Origin: Chloroflexota bacterium
GTDB lineage: Bacteria > Chloroflexota > UBA11872 > VXOZ01
DNA: 64,000 bases
Assembly (NCBI GenBank): GCA_965221905.1
Contig: OZ244922.1
Location: 864,001 to 928,000, forward strand
Reading direction: 5' to 3'
In this document: positions 28,813-38,502 of the stretch, in pieces
Layout: the number at the start of each line of letters is the position of its first letter
Position numbering within the stretch: the first letter of the stretch is position 1
Made by a program: the position numbers and the translations under genes
Notes under the pieces: model-generated
Told to the model about the DNA's origin: nothing
Database searches by the model: none
The model's input: only the letters and a program-made list of their open reading frames with translations

Positions 28813-28882
28813 CGTCATTCCCGTGAAAACGGGAATCCATCTTCTCCGCGTGCCCTGGACTCCGGCTTGCGCCGGAGTGACG
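28813..28882. repeat. CGTC-type REP doublet
   Basis: CGTCATTCCCGTGAAAACGGGAATCC...GGACTCCGGCTTGCGCCGGAGTGACG. Confidence 0.88.
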
Positions 28883-28921
28883 GTACTCGGGCATTAGATC
28901 TGTCGGGGTATGCCTCTATGC

Positions 28922-29701
28922 TCAGTCCGATTGCAGTGCTTGCACCGCCACGCGGTAGAGCATTTCCAGGCCCACGCGCGTGGTATTGGAGCGAAAGTGC
29001 GGGTCCCAAGTTAGGTCTCCGAGCGTATCGCTGATCGTCAGGAGCACTCCCATCTCAACGCCCCGGTATGCCGCGACGGCAAAGAGCGCCGCGGCCTCCA
29101 TCTCGACGGCGAGCACGCCCGCCGCCTGATAGTGTTGCACTTCCGCAATGGTCTCCCGGTAGGGGGCATCTGTGGTCCAACTGGTACCAACGCTATACGG
29201 CGTGCCGGTGGCCTGCAGCGCGTCTACCAGCCGAGCGGTCGCGGCCGGCGAAGCGTGGGCGTACGTATCCGGCGGCAGGTAATGGTGAGACGTGCCCTCA
29301 TCCCGAATCGCGCGGTCGCAGACGACAATGTCGCCAATGGCAAGGTCTCGCTGGAGACTGCCCGCAGTGCCAATCGAGAGGAAGCGCCGTATTCCCTGAA
29401 CGATCAGCTCTTCCAGTACCACGATTGCCGCCGGCGCTCCAATGCCGAAGCCACCTTTGACGGCCACCCGGTTCTCCGTCTCGTTCAGCGAGTGCAGTTT
29501 TACGATTGCACCCCGTTCCGTGGTTGTGGTCTGGTGCTGCTCGAGGATGTGCGCCAGTAAGGAACTCTGGTAGCAAAGAATGACCGCTTCCGGTACGGGC
29601 ACCGTAGATGCGCTCTTGTTCCCTTGGAAGTATTCGAGAGAGGCTTCCGGTGTGATAAAGGCGTTTTCACGATGCTTATTGGGGAAGTTTGGATACGGCA
29701 T
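28922..29701 (-). CDS. Nucleoside phosphorylase (uridine/purine phosphorylase family 1)
   Basis: GIGAPAA, IGTAGSL, AIRDEGTSHHY, WTTDAPYRET and AVEMEAAA. Confidence 0.92.
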   Translation of the reverse strand: MPYPNFPNKHRENAFITPEASLEYFQGNKSASTVPVPEAVILCYQSSLLAHILEQHQTTTTERGAIVKLHSLNETENRVAVKGGFGIGAPAAIVVLEELIVQGIRRFLSIGTAGSLQRDLAIGDIVVCDRAIRDEGTSHHYLPPDTYAHASPAATARLVDALQATGTPYSVGTSWTTDAPYRETIAEVQHYQAAGVLAVEMEAAALFAVAAYRGVEMGVLLTISDTLGDLTWDPHFRSNTTRVGLEMLYRVAVQALQSD

Positions 29702-29856
29702 GAGACTTTTTCTGAAGATTTCTGAAACTTGCACGTTCTTTACGGCTACTAGCTTACTATGTATTACTAGCAACTGACTAAACGGGGTCTGCGTCCAGTT
29801 AGCGTCACTCAAAGCCTTGCAGTAAGGATTAGGGGCCCTAAATTCACCACGCATTT

Positions 29857-29885
29857 CCGGTAGCGTAGGTTTGCAACCTGCGCTC
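29857..29885. repeat. REP-like repeat, inverted copy of 24490-24520
   Basis: CCGGTAGCGTAGGTTTGCAACCTGCGCTC. Confidence 0.7.
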
Positions 29886-29973
29886 GTGCGGCGAAGGAGT
29901 TTTCGGCGTAAACGTGACCCTCTTCAAGACAGCCCTGCCCGTCTTCCCCCTCACCCTAGCCCTCTCCCTCGAT

Positions 29974-30211
29974 GAGACCTTTGCGTAACTTCCGCCAGAG
30001 GCGCAAGAATTACTCCCTCTCCCTGGAGTGTACAGACCGGGGTGAGGGGATTCTTGCTTACCCTGTCTTTTCTACCTCTAAGACCTATATGTAAGTGTGC
30101 AATATCGGTGAAAATGGCCCCGATTGCGGGGATTCCCCCCCCCCTCACCCTAACCCTCTCCCGGCGGGAGAGGGGACTTTGTCGCCTCGGCAAGGGTTAT
30201 GCAAAGGTCTC
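29974..30211. mobile_element. 238-bp non-autonomous MITE with IS5/IS1106-like ends, inserted in a CCCTCACCC REP hairpin
   Basis: Terminal IRs GAGACCTTTGCGTAAC / GTTATGCAAAGGTCTC; 6-bp direct repeat CTCGAT at 29968-29973 and 30212-30217. Confidence 0.85.
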
Positions 30212-30358
30212 CTCGATGGAGAGGGAACAATACGCGGTCATGAGGGATGGCGGAAGGCGTCCCTGGCCTATGGTCGGACTCAACGGATGCCCCTACTAAA
30301 TCCTAGAACGACAGCAAGGGGCCGAACTCTCGCGTGGCATCCTGCGACGGAGGAGAAT

Positions 30359-32560
30359 TCAATCCTTCTTCACGAAGACCGGACTGCACCACGCCATCTC
30401 GCCGTCGTACTGGGTGACGCGCACGAAGTAGGGCGTTACGTCTTGGTGCAGGGGTTCAGGGTCTTGGAACGTGAAGGCAACGTCGTAGGGAGCGCGCTCC
30501 TCATTGTCGCGGCTGATGCGGACCTCGCTGCCAATGCCGGTAGTGACCGGGCGTACGAGTTCGTCTCTGTCGGCCAACTCGTCCAGGCGCACCGTAAACG
30601 TGGCGGGCGCAGAGGTGAAGGTGAGCGACGTCTCGGCGTTGCCGTCGAGTTCCAGCGCTACGCCGTCCCAATCGCCGGATGTCTGCGAGACCCAGCGTAT
30701 GCTCTCCTCATTCTGCTCGATGATGCCCTCCACCGGATCGTCAAAGGCCCAGCCTCTTGCCGAGAGAATGCGGCCCTTTTCCACGCGCAGGCTGCCGTCC
30801 CAGCGGAGGCGGCGGGTGCGGTCCTTCACGCGCGAGCCGCGCCAGCCGACGCGAATCTTCGTGGGCAGACCGCTCTCCGGCTCGACAAGGGCATGTGTGT
30901 AGACCACCGTCGTGCCCCGCAGTACCTCCACCTTCTCCAACGGCGCGGTGCCTGCTACTTTGACGTTTAACACTGGTGGCTGGGTGGAACAAAAAACCTC
31001 ACCCATGGGGTGCCCGTCGGCGGTCAAGTTGAGAATCATGCGCGCGCCGGTGGAGGCAAAGGTATGGCGGGCGCGGATGGCATCCCAAATCGACCGGCGC
31101 TGCAGGCTGGGCGCATAGGCGCCGAGCAGCCCGCCACGTACGCCGAACATGCCGCCGTTGGTGGGACGGCTGGTGCCGGGGCGTCCCGTGTGATCGTCGC
31201 TGCCGGCCGCAAAGCCCGTGATCAGGCCGCGCTCCAGCGCCTCCTGCCAGACCCACTCGAACCAGCCGTGGGCTGAGGCGATCTCGATGAGTGGCATAAC
31301 TTCCGAGTCGAAGTAGTCGAGATTGGCGCGCCGCCCGCCGATGTGGGGAATCATGAATACGTCGTCCAAGCCGCGATAGAGATCGACCAGCGTCGAGACC
31401 GGGCACTTATCCTCCCACGGCCCCGGATCGCCCGGCACCTGCCAGTGGGACGAGCGGTGCAGCGGGCCTTCATCGCCGAGAAAGTGCACGTTGTGATCGC
31501 CGCCCGCCGGATGGTTGCCCGACCACTCGTAGCCCAGCAGCGTAAGAAAACGTCCGGGTTCGTTGTAGCGCTTTACTATTTCCTGTAACTCATACCAAAA
31601 CTCGGCAGTGATTTGAAAGTCGTTGCCCTGAATGCCCAGGAAGTCGACCCCCGCGTGGTCGCGGGCGTAGGTGAAATATTCGTCCGGACTGCCAGTGCCG
31701 ACGGTCTCTTCGGTCTGGGCGTGCATGTCGCCCCAATAGAGCCGCAGGACGGGCGCCTGCTCCTGCACGTGGATGGGATTGCTCTGGACGGCAAAGGCCG
31801 GATCCACGCTGCGCGCCTCGAGGCGCGTGATGCCGGCTTCATTCAGAGTTAGGCCGGTAAAGCGAAAAGTCCCGCCATCGTGCTCGCTAAAGGCATGGCT
31901 CGCCAGCGGCTCGGCCTGGTGTGGCAGGTAGAGGCCAACCTCACCACGAAAGCCGGAGGCCGTGTTGCCCCAGGCGTCGTCGGCGCGCACCAAGACTTCG
32001 AATTCTTCATCCACGGCGATCATGCCCGGGGCTTGCGCCACCAGGTGCGCGGCCGGTCCTGCCACGATGCGCACCACCGGCGCGTCCGGTAGCTCGCGAA
32101 ACTGCATCGTGCCGAAGTTGTCGGCAAAGAACTTGAACTCGAAGGTGCTCTCCACAAACGTCTGCGCCTGGCTGCCGGGGCTGCCCCCGCAGCGGTCGCC
32201 GAGCACGATCCGGATATGCTCGCCCGCCTTTAGGGTGCCGTCGTGCACATGCACGTGGATCGTGCGCCGCCAGGGCCGCACGTGGTTCTCCCGGTCGAAG
32301 TGCACCCGCAGCCTGGCGTTGCCGTCGGTAAAGACCTTGCAATAGTTGGCTGCGGTGGGGTCGGTGAAGTTCGGCGCGCCCCAGTCGCAAACGCCCCGCA
32401 TCACCAGGCGCAAGTTGGAGCGGTCGTCCATGCCGTACGTGCCGACAGTAAAGGTAAACGTCCACGTGCCCCAAGACCCGGCCGCCACGTCGGCGGTCGG
32501 CTCCAATGCAACCGTACCGCAGTACTCACGCAATGTCGCTGCATCATATTCCGGTGGCAT
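30359..32560 (-). CDS. DUF3604 / PHP-like metallohydrolase
   Basis: LYWGDMHAQT, LLGYEWSG..GDHNV, IPH, EIASAHG, GSDDHTGRPG and YFVRVTQ.DGEMAW.SPV. Confidence 0.85.
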   Translation of the reverse strand: MPPEYDAATLREYCGTVALEPTADVAAGSWGTWTFTFTVGTYGMDDRSNLRLVMRGVCDWGAPNFTDPTAANYCKVFTDGNARLRVHFDRENHVRPWRRTIHVHVHDGTLKAGEHIRIVLGDRCGGSPGSQAQTFVESTFEFKFFADNFGTMQFRELPDAPVVRIVAGPAAHLVAQAPGMIAVDEEFEVLVRADDAWGNTASGFRGEVGLYLPHQAEPLASHAFSEHDGGTFRFTGLTLNEAGITRLEARSVDPAFAVQSNPIHVQEQAPVLRLYWGDMHAQTEETVGTGSPDEYFTYARDHAGVDFLGIQGNDFQITAEFWYELQEIVKRYNEPGRFLTLLGYEWSGNHPAGGDHNVHFLGDEGPLHRSSHWQVPGDPGPWEDKCPVSTLVDLYRGLDDVFMIPHIGGRRANLDYFDSEVMPLIEIASAHGWFEWVWQEALERGLITGFAAGSDDHTGRPGTSRPTNGGMFGVRGGLLGAYAPSLQRRSIWDAIRARHTFASTGARMILNLTADGHPMGEVFCSTQPPVLNVKVAGTAPLEKVEVLRGTTVVYTHALVEPESGLPTKIRVGWRGSRVKDRTRRLRWDGSLRVEKGRILSARGWAFDDPVEGIIEQNEESIRWVSQTSGDWDGVALELDGNAETSLTFTSAPATFTVRLDELADRDELVRPVTTGIGSEVRISRDNEERAPYDVAFTFQDPEPLHQDVTPYFVRVTQYDGEMAWCSPVFVKKD

Positions 32561-32737
32561 GATGTTTCGAAGTTCCCCTCTCGTTAAATAAGGCTTCTTT
32601 GGAACTGCATCCTCGAAATGGAGGAGTAGCAGTTCTTGCTCGAACTATGCTCTGTCTCTTACCTTTCGTCGTTTGCCTTTCGCCAGCCCGCGTCGTAAGT
32701 ACCCTTGGTTCCCCGCGTGCTGAGGCCTACGTGCTGG

Positions 32738-33922
32738 CTATTTTTGTTGGCAGGCTTCTGCGTACACCGCCAGGGTGTGTTCGGCGATGCGCGGCCATGA
32801 GAACGTGCGGGCGAAGCCTTTTGCGGCGACGCCGAAGGTTTCTGCCATTGTGTGGTCAGTGTAGAGCGAGCGCAAGGCCAGACAAAGCGCGGCTGGATCT
32901 TCAGGCGGCACGAGAATCAAGGCGTCGCTTTCCTGTATCTCCGGCGACGGCTGTTTGGGGTAGGTGCTGACCACCGGCAGGCCGTGGGCAAGCGCAGTGA
33001 GCAGGCTGGTGCGGCGCAGCGACGCCCCGTCCGCAAAAGGCAGGGCCATGGCATCGCAGGTGGCGAGCGCGCGGGAGGCGTCAGCCGCTTCCAGGTAGCC
33101 CGTGCTGAGCAGAATGTCTCCCATGTCCAGGTCCAGTCTGCGGATGAGTCGCTCCAAGTGCTCCTTATAGACGGCGTTATAGGGATCGCTCTCACCCAGA
33201 CTGCCGCCAATGATGAGCGCCTGCGCGGGAATGCCCTGATCGCGCAGGATGCGCACCGCTTGGAATAGCGTGTCCAGACCTTTGGTGAGGTTTACGAAGC
33301 CAAAGAACCCCACCAGGAAGGCGTCGGGCGCGACGCCGCATTCGGCGCGGAGCGATTGCCGTTCATCTACGGTGATGGGGACGACGGAAACGGCCGGCCC
33401 AACGCCGATCTGGTGTGTCGGCGTTTTCTTCGATGAAGGCACGCCTGCATCTACCGTAGCGCCCCAGTGTTCCCGGTCTTCGCGCGTGGTGAAGATAAGC
33501 GCGTCACTCTTTCGACCCAGCATGTGGGTTACCCAGTGGCGCAGCGGGCCCGCCTTGGGAAAGAGATAAGGCGTACGCAGGTCGTGGAAGGTGGTAACGA
33601 CGGCCGGCCGCGGCGTGCGGCGCCGAAGGTACCAGGGCAGCAGGTTGACGGCGGGCTTGAGGTCGAAAGCGGCGGTCTGATACTGGATGTGCACCACGTC
33701 GATCCGGCGTTCGCTGATTATCTGCTGCGCTACTCCCCAAAAGGGAAAGCCCCACGTCCCCACCACGGGATGAACCGTGGGTTCGGTGCTGGCGCAATCT
33801 GAGCTGGTCAGCACCTCGCTTGTTACGTCGAGCGCGCGCAATTCGGACCGCAATATCGCCGTATAGTCGGCAATGCCGCCCTGGTTGGGTGGGTATTCAC
33901 CTGTGATGTAGAGAACGCGCAT
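32738..33922 (-). CDS. Glycosyltransferase family 4
   Basis: ITGEYPPNQGGIADY, FFGFVNLTKG, LPFADGAS.RRTSL and FSWPRIA. Confidence 0.92.
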   Translation of the reverse strand: MRVLYITGEYPPNQGGIADYTAILRSELRALDVTSEVLTSSDCASTEPTVHPVVGTWGFPFWGVAQQIISERRIDVVHIQYQTAAFDLKPAVNLLPWYLRRRTPRPAVVTTFHDLRTPYLFPKAGPLRHWVTHMLGRKSDALIFTTREDREHWGATVDAGVPSSKKTPTHQIGVGPAVSVVPITVDERQSLRAECGVAPDAFLVGFFGFVNLTKGLDTLFQAVRILRDQGIPAQALIIGGSLGESDPYNAVYKEHLERLIRRLDLDMGDILLSTGYLEAADASRALATCDAMALPFADGASLRRTSLLTALAHGLPVVSTYPKQPSPEIQESDALILVPPEDPAALCLALRSLYTDHTMAETFGVAAKGFARTFSWPRIAEHTLAVYAEACQQK

Positions 33923-34037
33923 TGGTGCTAAAGGGTGTGACGCTCGCGGCGTAGAGTACGCGGACTGTGTCGCAGACGGATTTGTCGCGGAAGCAATTGG
34001 TTTCTGTAATATCTAAGTAAGAAGCTGAACACTTGCA

Positions 34038-35894
34038 TTATACGAGACGCCGACCTCGCCCCGGAAAGCCGGTAAGGTACCAAGCGGTCACGTGGGCAAA
34101 AACATTGGCGTTTTGGCGCAAGATGGGGTGTTTTCGCCACAGTAGGGATCTCAAGGTCTGATCCGCCGTGTAAGCAGCGAAGAGGAGGCCGATGATGCCC
34201 CGCAGAAGTAGGGCAACCAAGCGGCCCCGCTCCTTTGCCAGGAACTTGTGGCGACTGAGGTGGAAGTTCAGGGCGCGGGCAATCAGGTCTTGATCGGCGC
34301 TTTGGCTGCGGTGGTGCCGCACGTGAGCATCAGGGAGATATGCAACTTCCCAACCTGCTTCCTTGATACGCAGACACCAATCAGTCTCCTCAAAGTACAT
34401 GAAGAAGCGCGGATCGAACCCACCGACCGCCTGCAAGACCGCCCGCCGCACGACGAGGCAGGCGCCCACCACCCAATCTACCCGCGCTTCTTGGGTCTCG
34501 TCCAGATCGCGGCAGTAGAACCGTTGGAGGTCCGGCGTTTCCCCAAGCCACCACTCCAGGGGGGTGCTCTGGAGGAATACCGTGGCCAAGGTATACGAGC
34601 GGCGGCACGTGGACTGGGTGTGCCAATTGGCGCGATTGGAGCCGTCGGGCGCAGCTATGTGGGGCCCGAGCAGCCCTACGTGCGGTTGCTGGTCAAGAAA
34701 GTTCTGAATGGCAGCGAAGAATCCGGATTGGACGCTGGCATCCGGATTTAGAACAACCACCGATTCTCCTTGCGCCGCCAGCATGCCCTGGTTTGCCGCT
34801 TGGCCGAAACCCTTATTCGTGCTGTTAGCGATCAGGCTCACCTTGGGGAAGCGTGCTCGTACCATCGCGACGCTGCAATCCAGCGATGCATTGTCTACGA
34901 CGATCACCTCGCCCGAAATGCCGGCGTTTTTTATATCAGTTTCTACCGAGCTTATGGCCTTAGCTAAGAGGTCGGCTACGTTGTACGAAACGATAACGAC
35001 CGAAACGGCGCAGGTGGCTGCAGGCAGTTCGCGAAACTCCTGCCACACTTGCGTGGTGGGGTCGTTCTCCAGGGCCGCAAGGTGACGGTACGTGCGCCAA
35101 TCGAAGTAGGCCATTGCGGCGCTGAGCGCAAAACCCACCCAACCTCCGGCGAATCCCCGCCAGGTAAAGAAGTGGCGGTTGAAGGCCCGCAGCGGCTGCA
35201 GGAAATAATTGCGCAGGCGCACCCGCTGCCCCTGGAGCCAGAGACGGCGCGCCTCCAGTTGCGCATATCGGTGATGCTTGGCTACAAACTGCCGTACCGA
35301 GGCGTAACTGTAGTGGGTCAGGGGTTGAGACAGTCGTTTATCGGGACCGTCGAGCACTACGAGCTCGTGCACCAGCCTGTTCGGATCATAGCGGCCTTTC
35401 GCGACCTGAAATAACCTGAGTTGGTAATCGGGGCTCCAGCCTGCGTACTGCAACCAGCGTTCTTTCAGGAGATTCTTGCGGGGAATCCAGTATCCTGACA
35501 CCGCCTCGTCCTGCACCCCAGTTCTAATCTCCTCCGCGAGTACTGGAGTTACGATCTCATCGGAATCGATGAAGAGCACCCATGGGGTCTTTACAAGGGA
35601 AAGAGCGAAGTTCCGCTGGGCGGCGAAACTCTCGAGTTTTCGTTCTAACACGTGCGCGCCGTGTGGTCGACAGCGGTCAGGAGTCTCGTCTGTGCTGAAG
35701 TCATCCACTATCAAAATGCTGTCGACCCAGGCGAGGGGAGTGAGACAAGCATCAATCTCGGCTGCCACGTTACGGGTAAGCACCACGGCCGTTATGCCGG
35801 TAGGAGTTGGCTCCGAAGATGGATTCCCGCCCCGTATCGAGTGTGGGGCAGGCTGTGCGCGGGAATAACGGAGTTGCATATTCAACGGGGCCAC
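34038..35894 (-). CDS. Tandem double GT2 glycosyltransferase (WaaE-like plus WbbL-like domains)
   Basis: Domain 1: VDDFSTD, AAQRNFAL, IDSDE, PDYQLRLF. Domain 2: VSYN, VVDNAS, GFGQAAN, LNPD, FDPRFFMYFEETDWC. Confidence 0.9.
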   Translation of the reverse strand: MAPLNMQLRYSRAQPAPHSIRGGNPSSEPTPTGITAVVLTRNVAAEIDACLTPLAWVDSILIVDDFSTDETPDRCRPHGAHVLERKLESFAAQRNFALSLVKTPWVLFIDSDEIVTPVLAEEIRTGVQDEAVSGYWIPRKNLLKERWLQYAGWSPDYQLRLFQVAKGRYDPNRLVHELVVLDGPDKRLSQPLTHYSYASVRQFVAKHHRYAQLEARRLWLQGQRVRLRNYFLQPLRAFNRHFFTWRGFAGGWVGFALSAAMAYFDWRTYRHLAALENDPTTQVWQEFRELPAATCAVSVVIVSYNVADLLAKAISSVETDIKNAGISGEVIVVDNASLDCSVAMVRARFPKVSLIANSTNKGFGQAANQGMLAAQGESVVVLNPDASVQSGFFAAIQNFLDQQPHVGLLGPHIAAPDGSNRANWHTQSTCRRSYTLATVFLQSTPLEWWLGETPDLQRFYCRDLDETQEARVDWVVGACLVVRRAVLQAVGGFDPRFFMYFEETDWCLRIKEAGWEVAYLPDAHVRHHRSQSADQDLIARALNFHLSRHKFLAKERGRLVALLLRGIIGLLFAAYTADQTLRSLLWRKHPILRQNANVFAHVTAWYLTGFPGRGRRLV

Positions 35895-35904
35895 TGGGGA
35901 GTGC

Positions 35905-36891
35905 TCACTGATGATGCTCGCCCCTGAGTGCTAAAGCCAGTACACGGAGTCGACTTTGCCAGCGGTCGCGGAGTTCGTGGCCGGGGTCTGGGTTGTCGTT
36001 TTCGTGCAAGCCGGAGTCCTTGCCGCTTATGCGCGGCGTTAGGAGTTGCGGAAGCATCTTGCATAGATCCCACAGCGCGCCTATCGCCACGATGCCGCGG
36101 GCGGCCCACTGGTAGCGGCGACTGCAATGCTTGGCAAAAAGCTTGAAGCGGCTGCGATGCAATTCCACGAACATGCGTCCGGCCGCCTGTTTCGTGCTTT
36201 GACCTTCGTGGTGCACGACGCGTGCATCGGGCACGTGCATAATCTCCCAACCCGCTAGTTTGATGCGGCGGCACCAGTCCACTTCCTCGCAATACATGAA
36301 GAATTGTTCGTCAAGCCACCCCACGACAGTGCACGCTTCGCGCCGCACCATCATGCATGCGCCGAGGGGATAGTCCATCGCAAAGGGTTTCTCATGCAGG
36401 GCAAACGGGTAGCGGCCGTACAGCCGCGAATTCAGCAAACGATGATTTAGAGGAAAAAAATCTATCAGCGCCATGGCGAGCGTGGGAAAGCGAAATGCCG
36501 CATGCTGATACCTGCCGTCAGGGTATAGGAGCGTCGGTCCCACCACGCCAACGTTAGGGTGGGCAATGAGAAATGTCGCGAGGGCATCCAAAGCGCTGGG
36601 AAATAGCTGCGTGTCCGGGTTGAGCAAGCAAAGGAAGGTGCCACGCGCGGCCCGTAGCCCCTGGTTGCTGGCTACGGCAAAGCCGCGATTTTCCTCATTA
36701 GCAATCACCTGCACGTGGGGAAACTGCTCTCGCACCAGCGCCACGCTGTCGTCAGCGGACGCGTTGTCGACCACGATCACTTCGTCCGGCGGGTGCGGCT
36801 CTGCGGCTATGGACGCCAAACAGCGCGCCAAGAGCGAGCGTACATTGTACGAGACGATGACTACCGATAGGCTATTTCGGCTCGATTGCAT
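35905..36891 (-). CDS. GT2 glycosyltransferase (WbbL/rhamnosyltransferase-like)
   Basis: VIVSYN, VVDNASADDS, NRGFAVASN, LNPD and FFMYCEEVDWC. Confidence 0.92.
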   Translation of the reverse strand: MQSSRNSLSVVIVSYNVRSLLARCLASIAAEPHPPDEVIVVDNASADDSVALVREQFPHVQVIANEENRGFAVASNQGLRAARGTFLCLLNPDTQLFPSALDALATFLIAHPNVGVVGPTLLYPDGRYQHAAFRFPTLAMALIDFFPLNHRLLNSRLYGRYPFALHEKPFAMDYPLGACMMVRREACTVVGWLDEQFFMYCEEVDWCRRIKLAGWEIMHVPDARVVHHEGQSTKQAAGRMFVELHRSRFKLFAKHCSRRYQWAARGIVAIGALWDLCKMLPQLLTPRISGKDSGLHENDNPDPGHELRDRWQSRLRVLALALRGEHHQ

Positions 36892-37186
36892 ACCGCCTGA
36901 CGCTTCTCCTACGTGGGTTCCCAGGCAAAGCTGCCGGCTCGAAACGGTGTGATCGATCCGGCCCGGAAGCTCAACCCGTATTGCAGGATTTCCTAACGGG
37001 CGCTTATCTCTCTACGCCAAGACACCGGCACTATGCTTTAGGATCGCATGAGTTCCTTGGCGTTGGCGGTTAAGAGTCCTGTTCCTTTAGTGAAACAGCC
37101 TCAATGCTCAGGCGTCAACACTGCCTAACACAAAACTAGAAGGCTCAAGAGGAAGCCTGTGTCTGCTTCGCGCACGCTGCGATTGC

Positions 37187-38233
37187 TTATGCACTGCTCG
37201 AGGCGGGAGTTGCCGCCGCCGCAAACGTGAACTCTTTGAACTCGTTCTCGCAGGGGCGCCCATGCGCGATGAGCATGCGGCGCTCGTCGGGAATCATGAT
37301 ATAACCGATTACGCTGTGCGCGTGCGGCCCGTGCTGACAGATGGACGTCGGATCGGCGTGTGCGCGCGCAATGGCAATCACCTGCTCCAACGAGTGCGGC
37401 TGCTCGGCAGTGAGTTGCTGGAGTAGGTCATAGCGGCCGTGGCTGTTGGCCATGAAGGCCTCGTTGTCAGTGCGCAGCATCGGCCGCACGTGGTCGACCA
37501 GGCAATGGTTGGAGGTCCAGATCGCATGGTCGTCGAGGCGGCGCACGCCGATTGCCGTGGGTGTGCGCTCAGCTACCGCTCCGTTGCCAGAGGCATCGGT
37601 AAAGGCCAGATTGTGGCCGTGGGCCATGATGGGCGTGTGTTCAACCAGAGCTATCGCGCCATCAACATCATCGGGATACTGCAGAAAATAGCGTAAGGCT
37701 ATGTTGGCAGGAACACCGTAGTCCCAGTCTGAGTCAGTGTTGGGCAGGCTGCCGCCTCCGAAGGTAAGGCCGGCCTCATTGATGCCTCCGTTCATCCACA
37801 CCGTACCGGCCCACGTGACGCCAATAAAGTCATGACCGGTTGCGGGATGCGCTTCCAAGTAAACGTGAAACTTAAGGACTTCCAGGGTCACGTCGTTGGA
37901 CTTGTAGTGCACGATGCCGTGGTCAGGGGTGACGAGCACAAAATTCGTACAGCCGACCTGCGTGCGCCTCAACTCTTGACAGGAATTGTATGCGAGCAAA
38001 TCTGAAAAGGCGACACCCGCGCCATCGGCAATGCCGTGTAGCTCCTCCAGCGCCTCCGGGATGACATTTTCCATATTGCGTTCCACTTGCGCGAGCACCC
38101 GCGCTGTGTGGTCGGCAGGAAATCTGCCTTCAGGGACTACATGCTGAATGGCCGCTGCAACCAGATCGGCAAAGGCTTCCCCGTGTTGCCGGCCCATCTC
38201 ATACGGTGTTCCACTCAGAACTACCTTGCGCAT
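37187..38233 (-). CDS. Peptidase C45 / acyl-CoA:6-APA acyltransferase family Ntn hydrolase
   Basis: GTPYEMGRQHG, autoprocessing GCT site, GINEAGL and SNH; ATG follows GGAGG. Confidence 0.88.
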   Translation of the reverse strand: MRKVVLSGTPYEMGRQHGEAFADLVAAAIQHVVPEGRFPADHTARVLAQVERNMENVIPEALEELHGIADGAGVAFSDLLAYNSCQELRRTQVGCTNFVLVTPDHGIVHYKSNDVTLEVLKFHVYLEAHPATGHDFIGVTWAGTVWMNGGINEAGLTFGGGSLPNTDSDWDYGVPANIALRYFLQYPDDVDGAIALVEHTPIMAHGHNLAFTDASGNGAVAERTPTAIGVRRLDDHAIWTSNHCLVDHVRPMLRTDNEAFMANSHGRYDLLQQLTAEQPHSLEQVIAIARAHADPTSICQHGPHAHSVIGYIMIPDERRMLIAHGRPCENEFKEFTFAAAATPASSSA

Positions 38234-38502
38234 AGCAATTCCTCCTCTGCAACTGACGAAATCTGCCGCTACGTACCTCGGGAGCATTGGGTATCGCTTG
38301 GAAGCCGCTCTACCGCCCTCGTCGCTCCCAGTTTAGTGGACGCTTGTAGGTCATGGAAAGGCACTGTCGATTCAGGTTGGAATGAGGCTCTGCGGGATCG
38401 CTCATTCCTGATGTGCCACAGCGCAGATTGCCTTGAGATTATCAACTTTCCGCAAACTATCACGTTCTCTGAGGAAAGCTGGTTGAGGGTATTGCCACAG
38501 AA

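Noticed and set aside
29951-30970. ORFs such as 30095-30970 (PPHPNPLPAGEG) and other long antisense ORFs across the window
   Set aside because: They are translations of REP/MITE DNA or shadows of real GC-rich genes on the opposite strand.
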